Source of the DNA: Octopus sinensis
Taxonomy: Eukaryota
Direction: 5' to 3'
DNA: 64,000 nucleotides
NCBI RefSeq assembly: GCF_006345805.1
Contig: NC_042998.1
Span: forward strand, 177,940,001-178,004,000
The stretch's first letter is position 1. The number at the start of each line of letters is the position of its first letter. Shown here in pieces: positions 1-12,155 of this stretch. The notes under the pieces are model-generated. The model saw nothing but the letters and a program-made list of their open reading frames with translations. It did no database searches and was not told where the DNA came from. The position numbers and the translations under genes are program-made.

Positions 1-90
1 GCTGTGAAGCCATGTTTTGTGCTAGTGTTATCTTCTTAGCACTTTTGTTCGCCTGTTACAAACAAATATGTTTAACCTCTCCCTTCATTC

Positions 91-180
91 TATTCTTTCG
101 TTATAATCGTGGATGAAACAAATGTCATTTCGAAAACTGAACAACTTGTTCTTTACTTCGTTTTTGAGAAAGTAAAGAAT
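91..180 (+). pseudogene. hAT transposase relic (first catalytic Asp region)
   Basis: Hand translation YSFVIIVDETNVISKTEQLVLYF resembles the hAT motif F-x-I-x-x-D-E-T-x-D-x-S-x-x-E-Q-L. No further ORF follows. Confidence 0.4.
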
Positions 181-329
181 ATATTAGATATCAATCAACT
201 TCTGAATTCGTCACTGTATTGCTTCTACTGTACAGTGCATATGGTCGGTATTCATCTCTACTAGTGTTGACGTCCCGTTGCGTGTCGCCTAATGTTATGA
301 TGGTGCCTCGGACATGATCGGGAAAATCA

Positions 330-1700
330 CCTGTGTTCTGACAGGGTCGTCCATTGGTGCATGGCGGCGGTCTTCAATGAAGCTGGTTTCGGTCCTATTT
401 TCAGAGGCTGGATTGCTGTGGGTATTTGCTCAGAGGTCAGACTAAATTGCCACCGGTCTTAACTGTCTGAATCATATGCTCGGTTCATCAAGTGTATTCT
501 CTCTAATCACTCTTGTACATTTTAGGTCTTGAATTATTGCTACGGAAGCAAAGGGTGCTGAAATGAATCCCACTCAAACAAGAATGTAGGACGGTTGTGT
601 CGACATACGTGGACGAAGCTAAGGGCTTGCAGTCGTCTACCACGGAAATCAAGGTGGTCAGTACAATATTGAAGGAATATGAGGTGATACACAAGAAGCT
701 GGCATTAATCAGAAGAAGCTAGTGATTTCGCATCTTAGGAGTAGGTGAGGTAGGTCTATATTGACCAGCGACTAAAGAATCTGTTAACAGACTTAGAAGT
801 CTAGTCTGATTCAAACCTATAAGTGACTGGAACTGCAAGATTACGGGTAGATAAGTCAGTTCCATCCAGAAATGGGCAGAGAAGAAACTATCCTTAAAAG
901 GTCAGGCAGACATAGTGAACGTAACGTGTACAATGTTTCCATCCCCATAATTTATTATCGTTTGATCATCGTGCCTTGCTTCAGGTTTCGTCTGATTAGA
1001 TTGTACTTTTGAGGGAGAGACGAGTTTCACTGGTCAGAAGATCTATTTGCTGTCAGCCTCTTCTGCACAAAGAATTTGGTGAACTGTGGCTAATGACAAC
1101 ATGTTTAGATTATGGTATGTGTAGAGATTCCTGGACTGTGAGAAAGTTTGGTTGCTATTTTTCGGTCATGTGTTCGTTGACAGAACTACTGGATTAAATA
1201 AAGACCAAGCTGGGCACTTAGCGTATGGAATATTGGCAGGCGTTTATAGTTATCTACAAGTCTGAAAATGCGGCCTCTGACAGTCAGCCTTTGTATTTTG
1301 TAGAAAATAGGTGGCAGCAAGAGCGATGGTGTTCTCTGGGTGACTCTTAGCATGGATAAGAATCTCCTGAATAGTTTTGCCTGACAACTTTTGACCCATA
1401 TGACTTCGAAAAACTCCCACAAATTCTTTGTCTGGCAGTACCACTTGGAGATATTATTAGTTCGAGGTAAACTTTACGGACACTGAGTTTGTCAACATGG
1501 CGACGAAACAGTTTTGAACATAATTGTTCAGTCTTCGAGTACTGTTGATTTGTGGAGTTAGTAACTGGACGGCATGACAGCGGTTCGACATTCGCAAAAC
1601 TATCATCTAAAAAGCAGAGGATGCTTTCCTGCAAGCTCTCCTGCCTCCCAAATTCCCACAGAGAACTTTCTCTCTTGCCACTTGCCTTATAGCCAATTCC
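330..1700 (+). mobile_element. Heavily decayed Tx1-like (L1 clade) LINE ORF2 fragment
   Basis: Residual motifs (RV.H...AAV...AGFGP.FRGWI; SLVRRSICCQP) match the better-preserved copies at 18-19.7 kb and 30.1 kb. Many stops and indels. Confidence 0.7.
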
Positions 1701-1735
1701 ACAATGTATGTATGTGTATATGTATGCATGTATGT

Positions 1736-1917
1736 ATGGGGAGAGTTTACGAAAAAAACAAAAGACGAAGACAGGTGGTGTACAAAACAAACAGATGTAT
1801 TAGTATAACACTCAGGAATAGAAAATGTCTTTTACGTTTCGAGTCTACGCTCTTCTACAGAAAAAGACACCGAAAAAACAAGGAGAGAAAAAATGTGTGT
1901 AGTGGCTAACGATCTAT
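1736..1917 (-). mobile_element. Short PLE pseudo-LTR-like repeat, family A (hammerhead-bearing)
   Basis: About 180 bp repeat also present at 2903-3090 and 34105-34300, and inverted at 56520-56724. Flanked by (TATG)n and (TA)n. Confidence 0.7.
1828..1865 (-). ncRNA. Hammerhead-like motif, family A (A6U core)
   Basis: Minus strand reads TTT-CTGTAGA-A-GAGCGTAGACTC-GAAA-CG-TA-AAAG. Confidence 0.5.
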
Positions 1918-1955
1918 ATATAATGATATATATATATATATATATATAATATATA

Positions 1956-2880
1956 TACCAAGAAATCTAATGCTTACAGCTTAGTTTTTTTTTCTGGGGC
2001 TGGCCGAGCTGGAGCAATATCAGAATTGAACAGCCGAATTTTGCTATGATGATTCGGTGTCTGACTGAAGATTGAAGGCTTCGAATGATTTGTCTGTGTT
2101 CCATGTCCGTCCCTTCCTGATTTCACGTTCATTATATATAAAAACATTCATTCTTATATTATTGCGGCGTTACGTGCACCCCCCCCCCCCCCCCCGTTTG
2201 TTTGTCCAATTTTAAACCCTGCACGACTTCTATACACACTGTCTTTCCTACCGCCATTGCTTCTTCACCAAACTTTTTGGCGCCCTCCGATTCTTCCCCT
2301 CTCTTCCTCCCATCCTCCTCCCCTCTTCCTCCCATCCTCCTTAATCCCTTCTTTCTCCTTTTCTCTTGGTCACTGATTCTGTCCCCTGCCTTCCACCCTC
2401 TTGATTCCCTCTCTCTCTCGTCTCTCTTTCTCTCTCTCCTGCGACCTGCTGCTTCTTAAACCATTCTGTTGGCCTTCGTATCTCGACCAACATGTGTCCC
2501 CCTACCGAAACGGTAATTATTTCTACGCCAGCTATGTTTTTGTTGTTGTTTTTGTCTCATTTGTCTAAAGTCGTATGACAACCACCGTATAATATATTTT
2601 GTTTATTCATTACTGTTTTCAATTTCGTTTTCGTCTCTTGTATTCACATCCGTCTTGTGCGTTCACATTCCTGTCTTCTACCAAGAATCTAATGCTTACA
2701 GCTTAGTTTTTTTTCTTGGGGCTGGCCGAGTTGGAGCAAATATCAGAATTGAACAGCCGAAATTTGCTATGATGATTCGGTGTCTGACTGAAGATTGAAG
2801 GCTTCGAATGATTTGTCTGTGTTCCGTGTTCGTCCCTTCCTGTATTTCACGTTCATTATATATAAAAACATTCATTCTTA
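1956..2880. repeat. Direct repeat pair of about 200 bp (1956-2158 and 2679-2880) around a pyrimidine-rich spacer; pLTR-like tandem
   Basis: Near-identical ACCAAGAATCTAATGCTTACAGC...CATTCATTCTTA blocks. Distantly similar, in inverted orientation, to the repeats at 52.5-53.3 kb. Confidence 0.85.
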
Positions 2881-2902
2881 TATATATATATATATATATA
2901 TA

Positions 2903-3360
2903 GGGAACGTTTACGAAAAAAAACAAAAGACGAAGACAGGTGGTGTACAAAACAAACAGATGTATTAGTATAACGCTTAGGAATAGAAAAAGTCTTTTAT
3001 GTTTCGAGTCTACGCTCTTCTACAGAAAGGGACACAGAAAAAACAAGGAGAGAAAATATTGTGTGTAGTGGCTAACGATCTATCATGGCGACTGACTCGG
3101 ACAGAAGGGTCACACACGAGAAGGAAAGTAGGGGAGATAACAAAGTAAAGATGACCCCCCAATACGAAGGTGCGTTTGTGTATAAAAGAGTATGTATGTG
3201 CCTGTGAAAGAGGGCTGGTGGTCTGGACGTGTGCGTGAATGTATGTGCAGGTGTGAAGATGTGGGGATGGGTGTGTGGGTGGTGTGTTGTGATGTGATGT
3301 GATGTGATGTGTTGTGTGGTATGGTGTAGTGTGGTGTGGTGTGATGTTGATGTATGTATG
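2903..3360 (-). mobile_element. Family A PLE pseudo-LTR-like repeat, longer copy
   Basis: Same block as 1736-1917, plus an extension resembling the reverse complement of 56090-56520. Hammerhead-like motif at 2993-3030. Confidence 0.7.
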
Positions 3361-3439
3361 TATGTATGTATGTATGTATGTATGTATGTATGTATGTGTG
3401 TGTGTGTGTGCGCTTGCGCGCGCTGACGTCAGTCCGTTA

Positions 3440-3995
3440 CTCAGTGAGGCATAGACCGTTTACAAGCATTATGTTAGGGTTCTTGAACACCTCCATCGGA
3501 GATGTCTGAGACACATTCTGAAAATCAGCTGGTTCTTGCCGACTACAGGCACAGAGGTCTTGAGAGAAGTCGACTTCGTGAGTATTGAGGTGATAGCGCA
3601 CATGCTCCGATTACGCTGGAATGGAAACCTTGTTCGGATGAATGATCAGAAGATTCCTAAGCAGATGCTGTATGTTGAACTTATTTGTGGAAAGCGCCGC
3701 CAGCAGAAATTAATATTACTGGTTGAGGATTGTATAAAGTCCTCATTACAGGCATGTGAGTTATGAGAGGTCAATTGGGAAAGCGATACTCATCACCACC
3801 AATGGAGGAAACAGATAAAAGAAGGAGAAGGTACTTTTAAAGAAACACGCATTTCATATGCTGAACTTAAGCGAGCTGCTCGAAATTGCACTGCCAGTGT
3901 GGTAAAAGGGGGGAAGTTTCATGTTCAGAAGCTGTGGACGTGTATGACTAACAAGAGCTGGGTTCATTAATCACAAGCGGAGCCACAAGCAGAAA
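3440..3995 (+). mobile_element. RTE-clade LINE 3' fragment
   Basis: Translation includes LHRRCLRHILKISW...EVL...SIE...LRLRWNGNLVRMNDQKIPKQMLYVEL, typical of the RTE ORF C-terminus. Confidence 0.8.
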
Positions 3996-4074
3996 TAAAA
4001 ATTTTGCCTGAATGCACAATGATCTTAATGGTTGGTGATTGTCTTCTTCGGTCTCGAGCGGACAGCCATCATGC

Positions 4075-4445
4075 ATGTATGCTTGTATGTATGAACGTCT
4101 GTGGGTTTGTATGTATGTTTGTGTATTTGTATGTATGTCTGTGTGCTTGTATGTATGTATGTATGTATGTATGTATGTATGTATGCATGTATGTATGTAT
4201 GTATGTATGTATGCATGCATGCATGTATGTATGTATGTATGTATGTATGCATGTATGTATGTATGTATGTATGCATGCATGCATGTATGTATGTATGTAT
4301 GTATGTATGTATGCATGTATGTATGTATGTATGTATGCATGCATGCATGTATGTATGTGTGTATGTATGTATGTATGTATGTATGTATGTATGTATGTAT
4401 GTATGTATGTATGTATGTATGTATGTGTGTATGTATGTATATGTC
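4075..4445. repeat. (TATG)n microsatellite
   Basis: Direct inspection. Generates the MYVC and HTYI pseudo-ORFs. Confidence 0.97.
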
Positions 4446-4880
4446 AGGTCACTTTCGAGTGCTACTGATAACATGTAAACCCAGTACAACCTGTTGCATG
4501 GTCGGGTCGTCGGCGACTAAATTGGCAACCCCACCAATCTTGCTTGGTGAGGAGGGTGTTTATTGGACACCTTGCGGGATGAAAAACAAAACCCGTCAAA
4601 GGGCGGAGGAACTCTTGAGAGTCAATGGCCATCCAATAAATGTCTTAAGGCTATATCATGCGCGGGGACATAGAAATAATCGCGCGGTTAAACCATTGGG
4701 AGTGAAGGACTCCTAGCCTTTGTTAGGGCATCCTTCTAGGAGAAGGTAACTCAGGTGACTGGGATAACTCCGACATAGAACCTGCGGCTCAGTGGTTACC
4801 GATGATGTTGACTTGTTCTTCTTTTCGGATTATGGCTGCCGTTGCTTAGTGAGTGTGATTGACTCAGTGCACAGCCTTTC
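4445..4880 (+). mobile_element. Possible RTE-type 5'-UTR or non-autonomous repeat fragment
   Basis: GC-richer island containing CTTCTAGGAGAAGGTAACTC, reminiscent of RTE 5' regions. No coding motif found. Confidence 0.3.
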
Positions 4881-5441
4881 CTCACTTTAGAAAAATCTTC
4901 TTGCACAGGCATTGCACGATAACAACATTGATTAAGCTTCGTGCACTGGCCATTGTGTGTGTGGTATGCGTGTATGTGGTGTAGTGTCGTGTGGTGGTGT
5001 GTGTGTGTGTGTGTGTGTGGGAGGGAGGGAAAGTGCATGTATCTAATCAGTATGTCTGCTGTAGCAGAACAATTACGCCGAGTTTGGTGTTTATTGCTCT
5101 TAATCACAGCGTTTTCTAACATTGTAATTTTTGTTAGACGACTTCTCTTTTTCCTTCAAAAATAATGCATTTTGCGTGTTGAAATTGGATCTTATCGCAG
5201 ACTGATTTATTTTAATCTGTGCACAATTATGTTCAGAATTATTGTTGCTGTATGACTTAAGGCTCTGCCGGTAGCTTGTAGTTTCTCTGTACTTTTAGTT
5301 TGTTAGATATTTAGATAAGAAAATATATAGGTATATGTAAAAATTAACGAAAGTAGGTCAAGTAATTTGACCAAAGGACAGTCAGAATTGTACGGTATTG
5401 GATGGAAGGTAGATAAATAGAAAGATAGACAGACAGACAGG

Positions 5442-5516
<75 letters not shown>

Positions 5517-5589
5517 CGACGTAGAAAGGCAAAGTAAACGTCAAATGATATTTAATCGTGTGGAACATTTTACATGCATATCAATATTC

Positions 5590-8500
5590 TAAAGTTGGAC
5601 CTACTATCCCTTATCCTAAAGCTGCTTCAGACAATTAGGAAGGGTTCCCGACTCGTTTCCCGTCTGCTTTCAATCTTGATTGTGATTCGGCTCAGCCCAA
5701 ACTATCAGATTTTATCTGCTGTTGCCTACTCCTACAAGGATTGCAGCTGTTTTTTGTTCTGATTTAACTCAGATTTGTCCTATGAGCCCATAGAAGATTG
5801 TTTTTAGTCAACCATCTATCATGTCAGCTACTACAGATCGAAACTGAGATCTGCAAGAAGGGCTTCTCATCAAGATGATGGTCCTACCAATAGTCAGCTC
5901 ACGAGCAGTTGCTGTTGCTCAAACAAGAGGTCGAGCACCTAAAGTCTGTTGTTGCTCTTTTACTGAATAAACAGTCTCCTATTGACGCAGAGTCACCCTT
6001 GATTTTTCCCTGGAGACGTCCAAACCGAAGGGAACAAAATCGAAGCGGCCAAAGAAGGTGAAGGAACCGGCGGTCGTTTCTGCACATGATCGTTCCTGTG
6101 CGGATTCTTCCTCATCTGCCTTTTCGGTCCCGGAGGTTCCCCAACCTAATTTGAGGAGCGTAGACTCAAACCCACCTGAAGACCGTTGTTCTCCCCAAAA
6201 GAAGAAACGTAGTCAAAACTCCAGTGGGGCAGATTTAGCTATGAAACCTGATCACGATAAAATCTGTTTGGATTCTCCCTCACTTGTCCTTCCCATTAAT
6301 GCCATTGCTCAACCAATTCTGAACGATCTCGATGTGAGTTCATCTGGGGAGTGGTGCTCCCCCAAACCGAAGAAGAGGCAGTGCAGTTCCAAACCAGGCG
6401 GGAAAATTATGACCACTAAACCCACTCCGATCGACCCCACAGGCCGACATAAGTTTGATGGCTATGAAACCACCCTTTCGAAATCATCCAATGAAGGAAT
6501 CGAATACCAGCTCATAGTAGAGAACATTTTGCCCACTCAAGATCAGCAATAATTTATGGTAAAGCTGAATCCACCTGTGATACAGGCATAAACCGCCTAA
6601 AAGAAGACATTAATTTGTTTCCATTTTAGTTGGAGAATTGTTCTCTGTGAACGAAAATGTCAGTATCCATAAGGTCGCTCGGCTAGGAAGATTCCAAGCG
6701 AACCCAACCTCAGATACTAGACCAACGCCCAATAAGGGTAATCTTTTCTTCCGATCGGGAGGCTTCAACCTTTCTGAACAGAGCTCAGACGCATGCCTGG
6801 GAGGACCCCAATATGGGTTTTCGCGAGGAATTTCACTGAGAGAGAGAATTCGCCGAGAGAAACCTAATATCCGAACTAAAGATGAGGAAACAGATGGGAG
6901 AGAAGGGTTTACGCATCCAAGATGGACAAATAATCAAGTCCTACCTCTGGTCGCATGCTGTAGTGCTGGCAGGGAAAGTGAAGTGAGGGCAAATCGAAGT
7001 AAAGTTGATACCCCCGTCAACGATGCTATCTCTGATACCCCATATTCTGCTTGTTCCCCAACTCCCGCCCCTCAAACTTCACAGCTCAGCATCGTCTATA
7101 CCAACTCGTGCTCCTTATTTCCAAAGTTCAGCGAACTATTTACACTGGCCATACGTGACTCCCCTGATGTGATAGCTATCACCGAGACTTGGCTGACTCC
7201 AGCAGTAAAGGACTCAGAAATCCACCTGCAGGCTACGTCCTTTTCAGATGTGACAGAGAAAAAAGGCGAGGTGGAGGTGTTGCTGTGTATGTTAAATCTG
7301 AGCACAAACCGTTCAGCGGTATTCTACCCACTAATGCTCAACCTACAACAAAATTCGATGCCGTCTATTGCAAGCTGAGCCTATCCGAGTTTTGCCTGCC
7401 CGTGTTAGCTGTCTACAGGCCGCCTCTTACCGACCCCCAGGACGATGCTCATTTACTCGAAGCGATAAGATTCGTTTCAGCTTCGCATTACTGTTTGGTA
7501 CTAGGAGACTTCAACGCTCCCACGATCGATTGGCCCGCATCAATTTGTACAACATCTTCCCGGTTCGGCCAGGCCCTTCTTGACGTGGCTGAAGATTGTT
7601 TTCTATCGCAACATGTTGAATATCCGACAAGGCATCGGTCTGGGCAGCAGCCATCTATGCTGGATCTGGTATTCTCCCGCTATCCAAGATCAGTGTCAGA
7701 CGTATCTGTGTGCGACCCTCTTGCCAAGAGTGATCATGCGGTCCTGAAGTTCGTCATGCACACAACTTTTTCTACGCCCACGACTACTTCGCTGCCACGT
7801 AGAGTCTTCTCTGCAATTAATCTTGAAATTCTAACCGAGGCTTCCGCGCTTCTGGACTGGCGATCCCTGATGACGTTGTCTCAGTTGACGAACTATGGTC
7901 ATCCCTCAAAGCATATGTAATCTGGTTGACTGACCAGGCAGTTCCCGTTGGGCTTCCCAAGAAGAAGAAACACAAGCCCTGGGTGACGAAGAAGGTTAAA
8001 CGAGAACATCGACTCAGAGATATTGCTTGGCTGAATTCAAAAATCTGGATTCGACTGCAGCTTTTGAGGTGTACAAAACTCAACGAGACCGAGCCGTGAA
8101 AATTGAAAAGGAAGAACGCTTCAGTTATGAATACAAAATCGCGGCAAATGCCAGTAGCAATCCAAAAACCTTCTTTGCCCATGTCCAACGGAATTCCCGC
8201 TTGAACAACCAGATTGCAACGTTGGTAGACTCAACAGGCGTATTGATTGAGGACCCCTATCAACAGAGTCAATTATTTGCCGAGGCTTTTTCAACTATTT
8301 TCAAACAAGATGGTGGTCGTGAACCCCCTCCATTTGATAGATCGGTACCTCCAATGCTTCGATTGGTCATCACGCGGGACGAAGTCAAACGTGTTATTCA
8401 AGGCCTCGATGTCAACAAGGGTCACGGCCCTGACGGCATACACCCAAGTGTTATCAAAGCGTTGGCTCCGGTCATCTGCGAGCCCTTAACACGTCTATTC

Positions 8501-9955
8501 AATATGTCATTGGCGACGGGTGTTATACCTGCGGACTGGAGAACAGCGATAATCTGCCCAATTTTCAAGAAAGGGAGCCGCGAAGACCCGCTTAACTACC
8601 GACCGGTTTCCCTTACATCAATAATCAGCAAGATGTTCGAAACCATCCTTAAGAAAAGTATGATGCTCCACCTCCAAAACACAGCCTCTATCTCTGATTC
8701 CCAACACGGCTTCGTGCCGAAGAGATCATGCTTGACCAACTTACTGGTAATGGAAGAATTGGTGACGCGCATCCTCGATGATAGTGATGCTGTTGACATC
8801 GTTTTATTGGACTTTGCCAAAGCTTTTGACTCGGTAAACCACCGCCTATTACTTGTCAAGCTTCAAGCATATAGTTTCCATCCGGATATTGTACGATGGG
8901 TTGGTGCTTGGTGCCTTCCTCTCAGATCGCTCCTTCCAAGTCCAAGTAAATGGTTCGCGGTCCGACGTCTCCAGTGCGAGCAGTGGCGTGCCTCAAGGTT
9001 CAGTGCTTGGGCCCTTATTGTTCTTAGTCTTCATAAATGACTTGCCCGACGACCTCACGCAACACTTCCTTCTATTTGCCGACGATATCAAACTGGTCGC
9101 TCCTCGCGGTGATATAGAGGATCTTCGTCGATGCCTCCACCAAATTTGGAAGTGGTCTAACGAATGGGACCTGTGTCTGAACGTGTCAAAGTGCTGTCAT
9201 CTGCCTGTTGGCTCTCCTCCTGTAACTCAACTTGATTTCGAGCCGGGTCGTCTGCTGCTGGAGAGGACCGATCAGGTAAAGGACCTGGGTATCTTGGTGG
9301 ATTCCTCCTTTTCGCCTTCGGCCCAGTGCGTCCATGCTGCCAACAAAGCACACGGAATTCTGTTCTTGATTCGACGGTCATTCGGAATGCTCACAGCAGC
9401 CATATTCCTACCACTCTATGTCACGCTGGTGAGACCCATATTGGAGTACGGGATTCAAGCCTCTTCTCCTTATCTCCTCAAAGACATACGGCATCTCGAA
9501 AGAGTCCAGAAGCTGGCTACCCGCATGGTTCATGGTCTCAAAAATTTGTCCTATGAAGAAAGGCTGAGGACGCTCGACCTTTATTCTCTTGAAAAACGCC
9601 GCCGCCGTGGTGATCTCATTCTCGCCCACAACATCATAAGTGGAAAGTGTAACCTCTCGAAAGAGCTGTTCTTCACTCCTGCTCCAGAGCGTCGGCTGCG
9701 GGGTCATTCCGAAAAGCTCTACCTGCGACGATTTCATCTCAATCGAAGGAGAGGAGCTTTCTCCGTCCGGGTTGCGGATCCGTGGAACAAGCTGCCAGAC
9801 GAGATGGTGAAGATGCCGACGACCGCTTTTTCAAAGCCTCCCTTGACCTCAAGTGGCCTGAACTCTTTACATGAACACCACCCTGTACTTAACTCCATGT
9901 CCCCCTACATGGCCTTGCTATTTGCTTTTGAGCCAAATTAACTAACTAACTAATT
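5590..9955 (+). mobile_element. Near-complete CR1-group LINE (ORF1 relic, APE-RT ORF2, 3' UTR, (TAAC)n tail)
   Basis: APE motifs (YTN..SL, ITETWL, GGGVAVYV, VYRPP, LGDFN, LDLVF, SDH). RT motifs (GPDG, YRPVSLTS, QHGF, DFAKAFDSV, GVPQGSVLGPLLF, FADD). C-terminal LRGH..KL....FS.RV...WN.LP. Tail TAACTAACTAACTAA at about 9938-9953. The 5' boundary is approximate. Confidence 0.92.
7080..9873 (+). pseudogene. ORF2 (AP endonuclease + reverse transcriptase) of the CR1-group LINE, frameshifted
   Basis: Listed ORFs 6638-7378, 7189-7920, 8027-9040 and 8853-9941 join into one protein across frameshifts near 7230, 7865, 8905 (7-bp TTGGTGC duplication) and 9830. Confidence 0.9.
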
Positions 9956-10274
9956 CAGGAAACGAAGAATTAAAGGTACGTTGTATTCTATATTCGTTAA
10001 TACCATTGGCTGACCAATACCGGATTAGTGGCATTTAGCTGGCGGAAACTTTGCAGGTGTTGGATATAGAAACAACGACAACAACATCATAAAACAAAAC
10101 AAAACAAAACAATAATACACACTCAAAGTGGTAACTTCTAGAATCCATTTGATCGTAGAAGCATAATTTAATGTGCTGTCGCGATATTGTGTATTTAGTG
10201 CTCGATCAGCATCGAAATATAACCTACGGTGCGATTTGAATTCTTTACTCAAGCTAATGAAACACTTGTTGATG

Positions 10275-10413
10275 AGTTGCTGCTGCTGCTGCTCCTCCTC
10301 CTCCTTCTCTTCTTCTTCTTCTTCTTCTTCTTCTTCTTCTTCTTCTTCTTCTTCTTCTTCCTATTCTTCTTCTTCTCTTCTTCTTTCTTCTTCTTCTTCT
10401 TCTCCTCCTCCTC

Positions 10414-10444
<31 letters not shown>

Positions 10445-10467
10445 TTCTTCTTCTTCTTCTTCTCCTC

Positions 10468-10531
<64 letters not shown>

Positions 10532-10554
10532 TTCTTCTTATTCTCCTCCTCCTC

Positions 10555-10591
<37 letters not shown>

Positions 10592-10597
10592 TTCTTC
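10275..10597. repeat. Compound (TTC)n/(TCC)n/(TCA)n microsatellite
   Basis: Direct inspection. Confidence 0.97.
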
Positions 10598-10869
10598 TAA
10601 TCAGGACTCACGCCATTAGCGACAAAGAATAATCATTAATTCGAGCCTACTCTAAGCTACTAAGAATGCGTGCGGCAACTTGAAGATCCTCCCACTACAC
10701 GCGATAAACTGGCGGCTGCACGGGCGCGAAAGCTACGTTGTTATCCTCATTCCGTAAACTTTTTAATGGGTGGAGAGTGAACCATCCTGGGGTACAGAGG
10801 ATTCGCAATCTAGACTAGGGTCTGAAAGTTTACTACACCATAGTGGGTTACACCATGATCCCTCTGCTT

Positions 10870-11070
10870 TGTGGTAGAAGTAGGAAGAAAGAGTGAGAGA
10901 AAGTTGTGATGAAAGAGTACAGCGGGGTTCACCACCCCTCCCCGCCGAAGCCTCGTGGAGCTTAGGTGTTTTTGCTCAATAAACACTCACAATGCCCGGT
11001 ATTGGAATCGAAACCGCGTTTTTATGACCGCGAGTCCGCTGCCCTAACTACTGAGCCATTGTGCCTCCAC
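10870..11070 (-). mobile_element. tRNA-derived SINE family C, 5' part
   Basis: Reverse complement matches the head of the 25016-25401 copy (GTGGAGGC.CAATGGC.CAGT.GTTAGGGCAGCGGACTCGCGGTCATA). Confidence 0.8.
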
Positions 11071-11101
11071 TGAGTTGCTGCTATCTCTAGAGGCCGAGCG
11101 T

Positions 11102-11148
11102 CCATCACTGACGAGACCAAGGAAGGTCGAAATCACGAGACCTGGTGG
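11102..11148 (+). ncRNA. Hammerhead-like motif with degenerate stem III
   Basis: CCATCA-CTGACGA-GACC-AAGGAA-GGTC-GAAA-TCACGAGACC-TGGTGG. Canonical core, perfect 4-bp stem II, 6-bp stem I with one GU pair, but no clean NUH triplet. Confidence 0.45.
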
Positions 11149-11589
11149 TCTCAGCGCTGGAGGTGGTGGGGATTTATCTCCCCGCTATCGATATAAACAA
11201 GAGTGTATTTTGGAACCAAAAGCCAATACGAGAGTTTCTCTCATGGCAACTACCACAGTATAGTTTGTTATAACAGAAATCCACGTTTAGGTTGGGATAA
11301 ATATCACCTCTCTATAGTCTGTTTTATAGGGCTTACTGACCTGAGGCTAAGCAGCAGAAGCAGCAGTGGCAGCAATAGCAGCAACGGCAGCAATAGCAAC
11401 AACAGCAGCCGCAGCAATAACAGTAGCAGCAGCCGCAATAGCCGCCGTCGCCGCCGCTGCCGCAGCAGCAGCAACATCAGTTGCACAATAACAACAGCGA
11501 CGACGATAACATCGAACGTGAGAAGCAAACGCACCCCGACCAAAAAAAAAAATGAAAACAATATTAGTAAAAACCATTTCAACAAGTTA

Positions 11590-12155
11590 TTGGGTTGTCC
11601 GGAAAGTTCGTGCCGATTTATAATAGCTTAACCTTTCGACTTATTTTAGAACATGGTTGAGTCCATAAAAGAGGATTTGACTACACCTTCATTTAGAGCA
11701 CAGTTTAAGCTATTTTTCGTGGAAGAAGGTTTCTCTTCCTATAACATGTGTTAATTTTGTAACCTTTTAAAATGGAAGATTAAGAAAGTTCATTTTCGGC
11801 ACTTGATGCTTTGGGAACCAGACAAAAATTGCTGCAGCTCGGGGGGATGTGTTACCCCACCTTCCATATTTACCAGATATTGCTCCTTTGGATTTCCACT
11901 TATTCAGGTCTCTGCAGAATAGTCTTAGTGGTAAAAATTTCAATTCCTTGGATGACGTAAAAAGATACCTTGATGAATTCTTTGCCATGAAACCACCTCT
12001 ATTCTGGGAGATGGGTATTTTCAAGTTAAAGGAAAGATGGAGACGCATTGTGCAACAAAATGGTTCATAGTTGCTTGATTAAAAATGTAACGGCAAGTAT
12101 TTATTGACCTTTTTCTTTCCTTTAAAAATCGGCACGAACTTTCCGGACAGCCCAA
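11590..12155 (+). mobile_element. Internally deleted mariner
   Basis: TIRs TTGGGTTGTCCGGAAAGTTCGTGCCGATTT at both ends with TA flanks. C-terminal transposase PHLPYLPDIAPLDFHLFRSLQN...KLKERW. Confidence 0.92.

Noticed and set aside
3948-4716. Long ORFs of MYVC/HTYI type (also YLSI, IYIY, CVCV, poly-S/F/K/E ORFs throughout the window)
   Set aside because: These are translations of tetra-, di- and trinucleotide microsatellites, with no coding evidence.
4680-4770. Possible HDV-like ribozyme in the RTE-like 5' region
   Set aside because: RTE 5' UTRs can carry one, but I could not assemble the nested double pseudoknot by eye. It needs a descriptor search.
11345-11520. CAG/CAA/CCG-rich tract suggesting a poly-Gln/Ser/Ala exon
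   Set aside because: The Gln frame has a stop, no splice signals were identified, and it looks like a decayed trinucleotide repeat.
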